Assembly: GCF_003967175.1 (NCBI RefSeq)
Contig: NZ_AP018553.1
Coordinates: forward strand, 1,513,982 to 1,537,981
DNA: 24,000 nt
Source: Sulfodiicoccus acidiphilus
GTDB lineage: Archaea; Thermoproteota; Thermoprotei_A; Sulfolobales; Sulfolobaceae
Direction of reading: 5' to 3'
In this document: piece by piece, positions 15,195 to 23,826 of the stretch
Numbering within the stretch: the stretch's first letter is position 1
How the letters are laid out: each line of letters begins with the position of its first letter
The notes under the pieces: model-generated
Told to the model about the DNA's origin: nothing
The model's input: the letters and a program-made list of their open reading frames with translations, nothing else
Databases searched by the model: none
Translations under genes and position numbers: made by a program

Positions 15195-15926
15195 ATGGTG
15201 ATAAAAATGCCCCTGCCCGACATAGCCTCAAACCCGTTAGTATTCCTTTCGCTAACGATAAGCGTTCCCCTGGCGGTTTTCTTCTTCTTCATGTTCCGTT
15301 TCCTTTTCCCCAGGTGGGGTGTTAGGATGGGGAAACAGAACGAGGCGGTACAGCCCCAGCAAGGTCAGGGAACGCAACCTCAGGCTCAACCTCAGGCCGA
15401 ACCACCTAGGGAGGACCCCACGAAGCCTCTCCTCGCTAGGATGGATAAAATGCAGGGAGAGCTAATCAAGGCACAGAAGGATGGAGTCGCGGAGCTGAAG
15501 GAGGCCATCCAGGCCCTAGCTACAAGCATAGAAGACACGGCCTTGGCAGTGAAGTCGGCTCAGTCGGACAGGGCGTCTCCATTTAACGTGGTTCCGATGG
15601 AGGAAGTGAAGGAGTCCCCAGCCGGGATTGGTGGGGTCTCCATGAGTGGGGTTAACCTCCCGAAGTTCATACAGATGTGTGCTCTCCTAGAGGCCATGGA
15701 GTACGACAACGACAGAATAAGGGACCTCTACGACCTCTCCCTCTTAACCAGCGACGACATGGAGCTCCTCACTAGGATCCAGGAGTTCCTAGCCAACAGC
15801 AAGGGGAGGTACAGGGCAAAGGACTTAGCCCTCACGGCCTATCACATCGCGGAGACGTACAAGTCTTCCTCGCCGGAGATGAGGAAATTCCTCCTCACCA
15901 TTCGAGGTGTGGGAGATGGCCAGTGA
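15195..15926 (+). CDS. arlX: Archaellum ring/scaffold protein ArlX (FlaX)
   Basis: 243 aa (alternative start ATG 15207). It has an N-terminal TM (LVFLSLTISVPLAVFFFFMF), a Q/P-rich linker and a C-terminal coiled-coil-like region. Its position between arlB and arlG and its size match crenarchaeal FlaX. Confidence 0.8.
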   Translation: MVIKMPLPDIASNPLVFLSLTISVPLAVFFFFMFRFLFPRWGVRMGKQNEAVQPQQGQGTQPQAQPQAEPPREDPTKPLLARMDKMQGELIKAQKDGVAELKEAIQALATSIEDTALAVKSAQSDRASPFNVVPMEEVKESPAGIGGVSMSGVNLPKFIQMCALLEAMEYDNDRIRDLYDLSLLTSDDMELLTRIQEFLANSKGRYRAKDLALTAYHIAETYKSSSPEMRKFLLTIRGVGDGQ

Positions 15927-16377
15927 GATCATTTCCGAGTCAATAATGGTGATCGCCACCGTCGTGCTCGTGGGATTGCTCGCGGGGGCGCTCTTCTACA
16001 CGGTCTCCACCATGAGCACTACGATGTCCTCCTTCACTGTCCTACAGGCCCAACGCTTGGTCACGGACCTTCAGGTGGTCTACGCCACTAACACGTCATC
16101 CACTCAAGTCGTGGTTTACCTGCAGAACGTGGGGGAGGCCACGGTTTTCGACTTGGGTTCTTCTCAGCTCTACTTCGGCCCTCAGGGGCAACTTCAGCCC
16201 ATCGGTTACAACGGCGCCGCCCCGTCGTGGACCACCAGCGCCTCCACTCTCTCCCCGGGACAGACCGTCCAACTCACCATCACTCTCTCGTCTCCCCTCT
16301 CCCAGAACCAATATTACACTGTGATGTTCGTCACTTCCACAGGTTATCAGACCTCCTACACCTTTCAGGTGACGTGA
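15916..16377 (+). CDS. arlG: Archaellum protein ArlG (FlaG)
   Basis: ATG 15916 gives MASEIISESIMVIATVVLVGLLAG, an archaellin-like N-terminal hydrophobic helix, followed by a beta-rich domain. It overlaps the arlX stop. The ORF track begins 9 nt upstream, at GTG 15907. Confidence 0.8.
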   Translation: MASEIISESIMVIATVVLVGLLAGALFYTVSTMSTTMSSFTVLQAQRLVTDLQVVYATNTSSTQVVVYLQNVGEATVFDLGSSQLYFGPQGQLQPIGYNGAAPSWTTSASTLSPGQTVQLTITLSSPLSQNQYYTVMFVTSTGYQTSYTFQVT

Positions 16378-16378
16378 G

Positions 16379-16867
16379 TTGGGGTTCTCTCAGGTGATAG
16401 GGCTCTCCCTAATTGCGTTCGTCGTGTTATCCGTCGCAGTGATATACGGTGCTACAGCCCTCAGGGACCAACAGCTCTATTCCCAGGCACAGCAGGAGAG
16501 GCAGGGACTCTACGAGGAACAGCTCTCCACCCAACTTCAGGTCCGTTCCGTCGCGTTGTCGGGCACCTCCCTGAGGGTGGTGGTCTCTGACAACGGGTCC
16601 ACGACGCTTTACCAGTACTCCCACTTCTCTGTCGTCCTTCAGTACTACGGGAACGTGAGCGGGGTTCCCGTCATGTCCATTGCGTACTACAGCTACGTGA
16701 GGGGGGAGGCCTCCCCTTACCAATGGAACGCCACTTCCATCCTAGAGCCGGACGGTGTAACTACGATCACGCTGGAGCTACCGTATCCTCCCTATCCAGG
16801 TGAGCCTGCTGTCCTCACCGTGGACTCAAACTACGGCCCAGGAGCTGTGTGGAGGGGAACGCTTTGA
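16379..16867 (+). CDS. arlF: Archaellum protein ArlF (FlaF)
   Basis: The TTG start lies 1 nt after the arlG stop. The N-terminal helix is MGFSQVIGLSLIAFVVLSVAVIYG, followed by a beta-rich soluble domain. Position and size are typical of FlaF. Confidence 0.8.
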   Translation: MGFSQVIGLSLIAFVVLSVAVIYGATALRDQQLYSQAQQERQGLYEEQLSTQLQVRSVALSGTSLRVVVSDNGSTTLYQYSHFSVVLQYYGNVSGVPVMSIAYYSYVRGEASPYQWNATSILEPDGVTTITLELPYPPYPGEPAVLTVDSNYGPGAVWRGTL

Positions 16868-17550
16868 TAGTCGGCACTGGAAACGAGGACTTGGACCGTA
16901 GGTTAGGGGGAGTACCCTTCCCTTCCCTGGTCATGATGGAGGGGGATCACGGGACCGGGAAGAGCGTCATGGCGGCTCAGTTCGCACTTGGTTTCCTCTC
17001 CGCTGGGAAGACGGGCCACGTGATCACCACCGAACACCTCACGCTGGATTACCTTAGGAAGATGAGGGAAGTCAAGGTTGACCTGACCAGGTACTTCCTG
17101 AGGGGAAAGCTCCGAATAGTACCCATAAACACCGGCAGGTTCACTTGGAACTCCTCCGTCACGAGGACGATGTTGAGACTTCTCACGGACTACGTGAGCT
17201 CGGTGACGACGGACTTCGTCGTAGTCGACAGTTTCACAGTGTTGGGGACATTCGTGGAAGAGAGGGACCTCATGGACTTCCTCAGGCAATGCAGGATATT
17301 CGTGGGTAGCGGGAAGTTAGTTCTCCTCACCGTCCACCCGAAGGTGTTCAGGGAGGACCTCCTCAGCAGGTTGAAGAGCGAGGTCGACGTATACTACACC
17401 CTCTCGTCCACCACCATAGGGGGAAGGAGGGTCAAGGTGATGGAGAAGGTCAAGACTGTGGGAGGACTGACGGGAGTCGACGCACTTTCGTTCGACGTCG
17501 ACCCCTCCTTAGGGATAAAGATTGTTCCCCTCTCGTTATCGAGGGCGTGA
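16849..17550 (+). CDS. arlH: Archaellum RecA/KaiC-like ATP-binding protein ArlH (FlaH)
   Basis: 233 aa. The motif GTGNEDLDRRLGGVPFPSLVMMEGDHGTGKSV contains a Walker A. It overlaps the arlF stop by 19 nt. Confidence 0.9.
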   Translation: MEGNALIVGTGNEDLDRRLGGVPFPSLVMMEGDHGTGKSVMAAQFALGFLSAGKTGHVITTEHLTLDYLRKMREVKVDLTRYFLRGKLRIVPINTGRFTWNSSVTRTMLRLLTDYVSSVTTDFVVVDSFTVLGTFVEERDLMDFLRQCRIFVGSGKLVLLTVHPKVFREDLLSRLKSEVDVYYTLSSTTIGGRRVKVMEKVKTVGGLTGVDALSFDVDPSLGIKIVPLSLSRA

Positions 17551-17553
17551 GCC

Positions 17554-19095
17554 ATGGAGGACTTCCTGTTGAAGTACTTAAGGTCACTGGACGAGGAGCC
17601 CAGGGTGATCGAATCACCCGGCGTGTTGAAAGGGGAGAGGCAGTACAACGCGATTTACAAGGTCTCGGACATGGTTTACGTCCACGTCAGGAGCGTAAAG
17701 TCGGAGGACGGCTACAATCAATACGTGGTGGTTGAACCTCCGAGGCCCTCCGAGCAGGAGATGGAGGCGGTGGAGGACGCGTTCGCGAGGGTGGCCGGGA
17801 CCAAGGATCCCCCGGCCAAGGTCGAGGACAAGGAGAAGTTGATGAGGTCGATGTTGGAGGGAGTGTTCAGGAAGGTTAGACTGACTACCCCTAGACAGTA
17901 CGTCGCCTACCACTTCGTCAGGGACAAGCTATACGCCGGACCTCTGGAGCCCCTCATAAGGGATAGCAACATAGAGGACATCACAATACCTGGTCTAGGG
18001 AGGGTCTACATCGTACACAAGGTCCTCGGGCCAATGGTGACTTCCATATCTTTCGAGAAGGAGAGAGTCCTGGACGACCTCATAGTCTCCCTCAGCGAGA
18101 AGAGCTACAGGCCAGTGTCTCACAACAGACCCATAATCGACGCGTCCCTCCCCGACGGGTCCAGGGTCAACTTCGTCTACGGCACCGACGTGAGCAGGAG
18201 GGGGTCCAACCTCACAATTAGGAAGTTCAGCAAGGTACCATTGAGTATCACTCAACTGATCTCCTCTGGGACGATATCCACACTCATGGCCGCCTACCTC
18301 TGGATGATGCTCGATGAGGGGATGAACTTGTTCGTCTGCGGGGAAACGGCCTCAGGGAAGACTACTACACTCAACGCCGTCACAGCCTTCATTCCTCCCA
18401 ACTTGAAGATAGTCACCATAGAGGACACCCCGGAACTCACCGTCCCACACAGCAACTGGGTGGCTGAAGTGACGAGGGACACGGGAGGGGAGGGCACGAT
18501 AAAGCTGTTCGACCTGCTCAAGGCCGCCCTCAGACAGAGGCCGAACTACATTCTAGTGGGCGAGATAAGGGACAAGGAGGGGAACGTGGCCTTCCAAGCG
18601 ATGCAGACGGGGCACTCGGTGATGGCCACCTTCCACTCAGCCAACGTGAGGAGCCTAATTCAGAGGTTGTCTGGTTATCCGATAGAGGTACCTAAGACTT
18701 ACATCAACAACCTCAACATAGCACTGTTCCAGACCGCTCTGTACGACAAGAGGGGGAATCTGATGAGGAGGGTCATAGAGGTCGATGAGCTCATAGACGT
18801 GGATCCCGTGACTAACGACGTCATATACGTCCCAGTGTTCACCTACGACCCCGTGAGGGACCAGATAGAGTTCGCCGGGAGGGGTACCTCCTACCTCATA
18901 GAGAGCAAGGTGGCCGTGAAACGTGGAGTCGATAGGAGGAACCTCTACACTCTCTACGACGAGCTCAGGGGAAGGGCAGAGTTCCTGAAGTCCTTGGTCG
19001 ACAGGAAGGTGTTCAATTACTTCGAGGTGTGGGCCTGGATACTGAGGGCCAGGCAAGTCGGCCTGGAGGAGGCGATTAGGGCTGTTCAGACTTAG
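17554..19095 (+). CDS. arlI: Archaellum motor ATPase ArlI (FlaI), type II/IV secretion ATPase superfamily
   Basis: 513 aa with Walker [10 protein letters not shown], Walker B ILVGEIRD and the His-box region MATFHS. It has the typical FlaI length and position. Confidence 0.95.
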   Translation: MEDFLLKYLRSLDEEPRVIESPGVLKGERQYNAIYKVSDMVYVHVRSVKSEDGYNQYVVVEPPRPSEQEMEAVEDAFARVAGTKDPPAKVEDKEKLMRSMLEGVFRKVRLTTPRQYVAYHFVRDKLYAGPLEPLIRDSNIEDITIPGLGRVYIVHKVLGPMVTSISFEKERVLDDLIVSLSEKSYRPVSHNRPIIDASLPDGSRVNFVYGTDVSRRGSNLTIRKFSKVPLSITQLISSGTISTLMAAYLWMMLDEGMNLFVCGETASGKTTTLNAVTAFIPPNLKIVTIEDTPELTVPHSNWVAEVTRDTGGEGTIKLFDLLKAALRQRPNYILVGEIRDKEGNVAFQAMQTGHSVMATFHSANVRSLIQRLSGYPIEVPKTYINNLNIALFQTALYDKRGNLMRRVIEVDELIDVDPVTNDVIYVPVFTYDPVRDQIEFAGRGTSYLIESKVAVKRGVDRRNLYTLYDELRGRAEFLKSLVDRKVFNYFEVWAWILRARQVGLEEAIRAVQT

Positions 19096-19141
19096 GACCC
19101 AGACGGAGATAGACGCCAAGTACATCTTCGTCGTTGCCTAC

Positions 19142-20503
19142 ATGGTTGCCATGTTCTCCTCAGGCGTCCCTCCGGAGGTGGTGGTCTACATTCTTGCCGA
19201 CGAGAAGTTCTTCTCCCCCTACAGGGACTACATGAAGAGAATAAGGGTTTTGGTGTCTGGCTACAGGTACAAGTTTCAATCAGCCGCCAACAGGATAAGT
19301 AGGTTCGTCACTGTGACGCCATTCAAGGAGTTCCTCGTGAGGTTCGGACAGGCCGTGGCCTTCGGGGACAACATGGAGTCCTACCTATCGAGGGAGGTCG
19401 ACGTGGCCCTAAGCGAGTACAACGCCAATATGATGAGGAAACTGGAGTCCATGAACAACTTCCTCGCCATATTCGGGACGCTCAACAGTTCCCTGGTGTT
19501 CCTAATGGCGGACGTCACGATAATATCCCTCCTCTACAGCGCTGGGGAGACCCTCATAAGGTTGGTGTTCCTGGCAGTGGTCGCCGTGGCCGGGACCATG
19601 GGCATTTTCATGTACTCTCTCTACAAGCCGGAGACCTACGTGGTCAGGTCCAGGCTGGACAACTACTTGGCGCTCTTCGTCGTGATGGTCACGGTAAGTG
19701 TTTCCTTCCTGGTGGGGAACTTCGAGGTAGTAATGGCCTCAGGAGTCTTGTTAACCACGATGGGGCTCTGGTACAGGGTGAAGGAGAACAGGATAAATTC
19801 CGTGGAGAGACACTACGTCCTCTTCGTGAGGTACTTCTCCAGGAACTACAGTGTGATAGGTAACCTCAGGGAGTCCATGTACAGTGTCATGAGAGGGGAA
19901 CTCGGTTCGCTCAGGCCCTTCGTGGTCAGGGCCATAAGGAGGTTGGAAATGGGGGTTGACAAGGACAAGGTGCTTTCCCTCCTGGGTGACGAGTCCGGGA
20001 GCGTATTGATACAGATGATGAACAAGGTGATCACTACCACGGTGACTCTAGGGGGAAAAGTAAAAGAGGTGGGAGAGATGCTCAGCAAGGTCGGGGACTC
20101 CATACTGAACGTGCGGTCGAGGAGGGAACAGAACGGGAGGGCATTCGAGAGTACCATGTACGCCCTCCAAGCCGCGAGCGCCGGCGTCTCGGCGGCCCTA
20201 ATATCCATCACTGGGATCTTGGACAAACTCTTCCAACTTCCCTCCGTCAGCTCCGTTTTCGCGTTCACCCCCATAGACATAGGGGGAGTGGAGAGGTTGC
20301 TCCTGACGTTGTTGGTGGCCCTGAGCTACACCAACGGGCTAGGGATATCCGTAGCGTACGGTAGGTCGATGCACGCGAGCCTGTACTTCATGGGGGTGCT
20401 CCTCCTCATATCTGGCCTCACCTTCCACATTGCGTTGATCCTCACCGGGAGGATATTTGGAGCGCTCTACTCTCCTGGCGGTATAATAACACCTGGACCG
20501 TGA
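19142..20503 (+). CDS. arlJ: Archaellum membrane platform protein ArlJ (FlaJ, TadB/C-like)
   Basis: 453-aa polytopic membrane protein with two cytoplasmic domains, and the last gene of the operon. The frame is open 96 nt further upstream (from 19046) without an ATG, GTG or TTG codon, so the true start is uncertain. Confidence 0.85.
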   Translation: MVAMFSSGVPPEVVVYILADEKFFSPYRDYMKRIRVLVSGYRYKFQSAANRISRFVTVTPFKEFLVRFGQAVAFGDNMESYLSREVDVALSEYNANMMRKLESMNNFLAIFGTLNSSLVFLMADVTIISLLYSAGETLIRLVFLAVVAVAGTMGIFMYSLYKPETYVVRSRLDNYLALFVVMVTVSVSFLVGNFEVVMASGVLLTTMGLWYRVKENRINSVERHYVLFVRYFSRNYSVIGNLRESMYSVMRGELGSLRPFVVRAIRRLEMGVDKDKVLSLLGDESGSVLIQMMNKVITTTVTLGGKVKEVGEMLSKVGDSILNVRSRREQNGRAFESTMYALQAASAGVSAALISITGILDKLFQLPSVSSVFAFTPIDIGGVERLLLTLLVALSYTNGLGISVAYGRSMHASLYFMGVLLLISGLTFHIALILTGRIFGALYSPGGIITPGP

Positions 20504-20699
20504 ATGTGCACTCTGAGTGTGTTTTCAGCTCGGTGTCCTCGATTTCCAATCCCCTCACAACCTTACTCTGATCTTAAGTACTAAAAGCGGATTTGAGACC
20601 GTCCGCGTCTATTTTCAACTTGTCCAATATCAATGGACGAGCGGATTGAGAGGTCACAGAACTGAGACGAGACATGAAGTGACTACGAATAGGAAGGTA

Positions 20700-21060
20700 A
20701 ACACCACCTCACTCAAAAAAGGCTGAAAGACTCCGGTGAGGATGGCCACTCATTTGAGTGGTTTTTCAGTATTTTCAATAACGCTGACGAGGCTCCCCCT
20801 CAGCTTTACTGAGGGCCTAATGAGAGGAGCAATCAACATCCCTCCCTTAAGGGAGCCGGGGGTGGAGTCCCCTTCTATGGGGGTCCTCTGAGCCGCCCGA
20901 CTACTTCCCGAGGGATGTAACCCCGAATCCACAGTGGGAGTTATGAACCGCTCTGAAGGAACCCCTCCGGGGGAGTGAGAAGAGGGAAAGTCTCAATTGA
21001 GATTCGGAATCTTCTCCCCCCGGTCTGTCGGAAAAACCGAGAGGACTCCTTTTCCATGTC
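20700..21060 (+). repeat. Copy R2 of the GC-rich repeat family (relic of a TnpB 3' end / omega-RNA-like region)
   Basis: Blocks are collinear with R1 and R3: TTTTTCAGTATTTTCAATAACGCT (20762-20785), CAGCTTTACTGAGGGCCTAATGAGAGGAGCAATC (20801-20834), GGAGTCCCCTTCTATGGGGG (20864-20883), ATGTAACCCCGAATCCACA (20915-20933), GAAGGAACCCCTCCGGGGG (20955-20973). The plus-frame reading ...GLMRGAINIPPLREPGVESPSMGVL*AARLLPEGCNPESTVGVMNRSEGTPPGE resembles decayed TnpB C-terminal tails. Confidence 0.4.
20746..20766 (+). terminator. Hairpin plus T5, a possible arl operon terminator (lies inside repeat R2)
   Basis: CCACTC-ATTT-GAGTGG (20746-20761) is followed by TTTTT (20762-20766), about 240 nt after the arlJ stop. 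A weaker T4 run occurs at 20522-20525. Confidence 0.3.
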
Positions 21061-21317
21061 AAAGTTCCGTGTCGAAGTGGAAGAAAGGTGCTGCACAAGT
21101 TAAACGCTAAGCCCTCAGCGTTCTCGACAGGTCGACTCTCCATTCCGTGTAAGTCGATAGGGAAGCTCGAAGCCTAAAGGCGACTAAATATCTGGACCAT
21201 TCAATGGGGATCAGCCTCACCCTTTAGGATCCCACTCCGAGACCCTTTACAGTTATTGTTGCGTCACCTAGTGTTCGACTCATTGGACACCTTCGCTAGA
21301 GACTGATCTAAGGATAT

Positions 21318-21355
21318 ATTTAAAATATTTATAAATGAATAACGCTTATAAATTC
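21318..21355 (+). promoter_or_regulatory. Strongly AT-rich TATA-like island between convergent genes
   Basis: The island reads TATTTAAAATATTTATAAATGAATAACGCTTATAAATTC. TTTATAAA lies about 28-35 nt upstream of ATG 21363. There is no flanking gene start that it could serve other than the small ORF. Confidence 0.35.
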
Positions 21356-21362
21356 ATAAAGA

Positions 21363-21476
21363 ATGAAAGCTGGGAAAGTTGACTATCCGTTGGAGCCCAC
21401 TGGTGAAAAACGTTCTGGATTAAGGGCGAGCCAGGTACCCTTAATCGTAAATAACATTCGGGGATGGTGGGAGTAG
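21363..21476 (+). CDS. Candidate 37-aa small ORF (MKAGKVDYPLEPTGEKRSGLRASQVPLIVNNIRGWWE)
   Basis: The ATG is correctly spaced from the AT-rich TATA-like island, and the ORF is followed by a perfect 13-bp hairpin. It is below the ORF-track size cutoff and I recognise no homology. It could equally be a noncoding transcript or a gene fragment. Confidence 0.2.
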   Translation: MKAGKVDYPLEPTGEKRSGLRASQVPLIVNNIRGWWE

Positions 21477-21482
21477 CTGTAT

Positions 21483-21511
21483 AAGGTATACTGAGCTACT
21501 CAGTATACCTT
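21483..21511. repeat. Perfect 13-bp inverted repeat with a 3-nt loop (a bidirectional terminator-like hairpin)
   Basis: AAGGTATACTGAG (21483-21495), CTA, CTCAGTATACCTT (21499-21511). It lies 17 nt downstream of the minus-strand amidohydrolase stop (21528) and 7 nt downstream of the small plus-strand ORF. Confidence 0.8.
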
Positions 21512-21527
21512 TACAAGGGCCCTACGC

Positions 21528-22382
21528 TCATCTCTCGATCTTGTGGTAAATCTGACGAGGGTTTGTGCTGGCCATCAACACCTTTGACTCTTCGCTCACA
21601 CTCACCTGCAAGAACTCCTCTAAGTTCGAGGAGAGTCCCTTCACTCCGAGGTCCCCAACGTCGCTGCCGTAAAGCATCTTGTCCCTCACCTCCTCGAGAC
21701 GGGGAAGGTAGTTCAACAACCTCTTGGGAGGTATGCTGGAGACGTCTCCCCATAGGTTCTTCCTGATCCTCACGAGCTGAAAGGCTGAACCAACCCAGTT
21801 GGGTCTCCCCATGTGGGCCAAGATCACCTTCAAACGAGGGAAGTCCACGACGACGTCGTCCACAAAGACGGGATCGCCATACTTGTTCCTACTCGGCAGA
21901 AAGGATGACGTCCCCGTGTGGATCATCACGGGGAGGGAGTGGTCCTCAGCGAACTGGTAAAGCACCTCCAACTGTTTGACTCCCCTCTCCTCCGGCCTGT
22001 AGTCGTTCGGTTTGATCCACATGTGCGGCGGGTGGAGTTTGAACCCCGAGACCCCCGCTTCGTACTGGGCCCCCAGCCACTTCAGGGTCTCCTCAGTGGT
22101 TAGGGAAGTCACCTCTACCCCTCCGACTACAGAGAACCTGTCTGGAACGTCCCTCAGAGCCCTCAACGTCCTTATCGGGAAATCCTCCTTGGCCCCCCAG
22201 AGTTTCCTCATGGGATAGGCAACGATTACCACGTACTCCAGGTTAGCGTCGTCCATCTCGCGCAGCACTTGTTCCCTGTAGAAGATAGGTATCCGATGTC
22301 CCACGGAAGAAGATCTCTCGAGCATATCTGGAGTCACAACTTCGTTGAACCATAGGTGGGTGTGAGCGTCAACGAATCCCAT
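21528..22382 (-). CDS. Metal-dependent TIM-barrel hydrolase, Amidohydro_2 (PF04909-like) family
   Basis: The probable start is ATG 22382 (MGFVDAHTHLWF, the HxH metal motif at the N-terminus as in family members). The ORF-track start at 22475 adds 31 residues. Later motifs include VMIHTG, ILAHMGRP and MLYGSDVG. Confidence 0.8.
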   Translation of the reverse strand: MGFVDAHTHLWFNEVVTPDMLERSSSVGHRIPIFYREQVLREMDDANLEYVVIVAYPMRKLWGAKEDFPIRTLRALRDVPDRFSVVGGVEVTSLTTEETLKWLGAQYEAGVSGFKLHPPHMWIKPNDYRPEERGVKQLEVLYQFAEDHSLPVMIHTGTSSFLPSRNKYGDPVFVDDVVVDFPRLKVILAHMGRPNWVGSAFQLVRIRKNLWGDVSSIPPKRLLNYLPRLEEVRDKMLYGSDVGDLGVKGLSSNLEEFLQVSVSEESKVLMASTNPRQIYHKIER

Positions 22383-22507
22383 AGAGTGGCTGATCGATCC
22401 ACCCCAATAAAACGTTCTTCCCTCGGTATTCCTGTGGAACGCAATCTCTCCTTTGATCCCCTTTGGGCAACTCAAACTCGAGTTCTCGAGGCCTCAACGG
22501 GACAGAC

Positions 22508-23400
22508 CTAGGTATCCTTCTTGTTCCCGCTGTTTCCCTCGGAGAACAGGATCCTAATGACCTCTTTCTTGTCCAAATTCCCGGTGCTTGTCCTCGGTAT
22601 AGACTCTACGAAGATGACTCTGTCTGGCAGCCACTCCTCTGGGAACCTGTTTAGAGACTTTAGGTAGTTCCTGACGTCCTCCTCCCTCAATTTCCCCCTG
22701 AACTCGCCCTTGGGTACTACCAGGGCTTTAAACCCCAGCAATATGTCCCCTTCGAACATCACACCCACAATCACAGCGTCCAGCACCGATTCTAACTGCA
22801 TTATGGCGTTCGCCACGTGCACAGTGGAGAACCCTCCTATCTCTACACCCTCTATGATCCCTATTTTCTCTATGATCCCTATTGGATCCTTTCGATCGGT
22901 GGTCATCGCGTACCTCTCTCTCCTTGCCTTAATAAACCCTACTTTATATCGTCTCAGGCTGTGAGTCTACGGTCGAGTTGTAATCAGAGTCCAACGGGAA
23001 GAACTCGACGTCTAGTAGCTCCCTAGACGGGAGAGACACTGTCTCCCACAGGTCCAACTCGTAGAACACCAACACGTCCGCGGCTAGCTCGATCACGTAG
23101 GCCGCATCGGAAGGGTGAAACCTCGCGTTTCCGGTGTGGAGCACTTTCCCCAAGAGGGTCACGGCAAGGTAGAGCTCGAGGTGTCTCCTCGTGTTCCACA
23201 TCATCTAACCTACCACCTCTCCTCCCGACGTGGACAGTAGCGTTGGCGAGCTTCCTCACTCTCCTCGCTAGCTGGGCTTAGGTTCGCCTCTCTATGTTAC
23301 CTTCGTTCCTCGAGACAGGCTCCCTGTCCCAATAGAGTTTCTCCGCCCTCCAGAGGATGTGCTTCAGGTTCGGGTTGAAGCTCATTATGGTGGAGTCCAT
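22508..23400 (-). pseudogene. Acyl-CoA synthetase (AMP-binding enzyme) pseudogene with nonsense codons, a frameshift and a large internal deletion
   Basis: On the minus strand, ATG 23400 gives MDSTIMSFNPNLKHILWRAEKLYWDREPVSRNEGNIERRT, then TAA (23278-23280). The same frame continues AQLARRVRKLANA..VGRRGGR. After a frame change and an in-frame TAG (23205-23207) it reads MMWNTRRHLELYLAVTLLGKVLHTGNARF...AAYVIELAADVLVF (22944-23204). The AMP-binding core (roughly 250 aa) is missing. The reading resumes with DRKDPIG...VIFVESIPRTSTGNLDKKEV, the C-terminal domain (22508-22906). Confidence 0.75.
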
Positions 23401-23489
23401 GGTGTGAGGTAGTGGTTTACCTCAACGAGGGTTGGGGGGGAGAAAGCCTCGTCTATGAGGCGAGAACGGATACCCCTCGCACTCAAATC

Positions 23490-23740
23490 TCCTTATTCCT
23501 TAGTGTCTTTCAGCGATTCTAAAGACGCTCCTCTCCCAGCTCTATTGGGGGCCTAGTGGAAACGAGGGAGGAGCATCTCCTTCAATGGACTAGAAGTCGT
23601 GGACGAAGTTCCCAGTTCAAACGGGTAATCCCCTGATTCACCCGAATGCCCACAAAACGGGGTATGTAGACCAGACGGTGGGAACGACGAGCACCCTGGA
23701 GGGGGAACCCTCCCAGGGCGGGGAGGAGGTCAGGATCTTC
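23490..23740 (+). repeat. Copy R3 of the GC-rich repeat family (relic of a TnpB 3' end / omega-RNA-like region)
   Basis: Blocks are collinear with R2: TCTTTCAGCGATTCTAAAGACGCT, CAGCTCTATTGGGGGCCTAGTGGAAACGAGGGAGGAGCATC (about 23539-23576), CACCCGAATGCCCACA (about 23638-23653). The terminal hairpin CCCTGGAGGG-GGAA-CCCTCCCAGGG (23694-23718) is followed by CGGGGAGGAGGTCAGG. It reads as ..EGEPSQGGEEVR, typical of TnpB/omega-RNA right ends. Confidence 0.4.
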
Positions 23741-23826
23741 CAAGGCGAGTTTTCCCTAACCACGTGTGGAAGGGCGCTTTAAACGTAATCTGACAAACTT
23801 TTATCTCCGGCTAACCACCGTCACCC

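Noticed and set aside
17394-19125. Antisense ORFs within arlH and arlI (17394-17648, 17614-17913, 17995-18255, 18294-18521, 18655-19125).
   Set aside because: They are shadow ORFs opposite highly conserved ATPase genes.
19431-20106. C/D-box sRNA candidates: ATGATGA at 19431-19437 and at 20019-20025, with CTGA at about 20103.
   Set aside because: They lie inside the arlJ coding sequence. No properly spaced D box or terminal stem is present, and the C-to-D distance of about 87 nt is too long.
20517-21143. ORFs 20517-20726 (+), 20750-20932 (-) and 20901-21143 (-) as genes downstream of arlJ.
   Set aside because: I see no recognisable motifs, and they overlap the repeat relic R2. The plus-strand reading of that relic resembles a decayed TnpB tail better than either minus-strand ORF resembles a protein.
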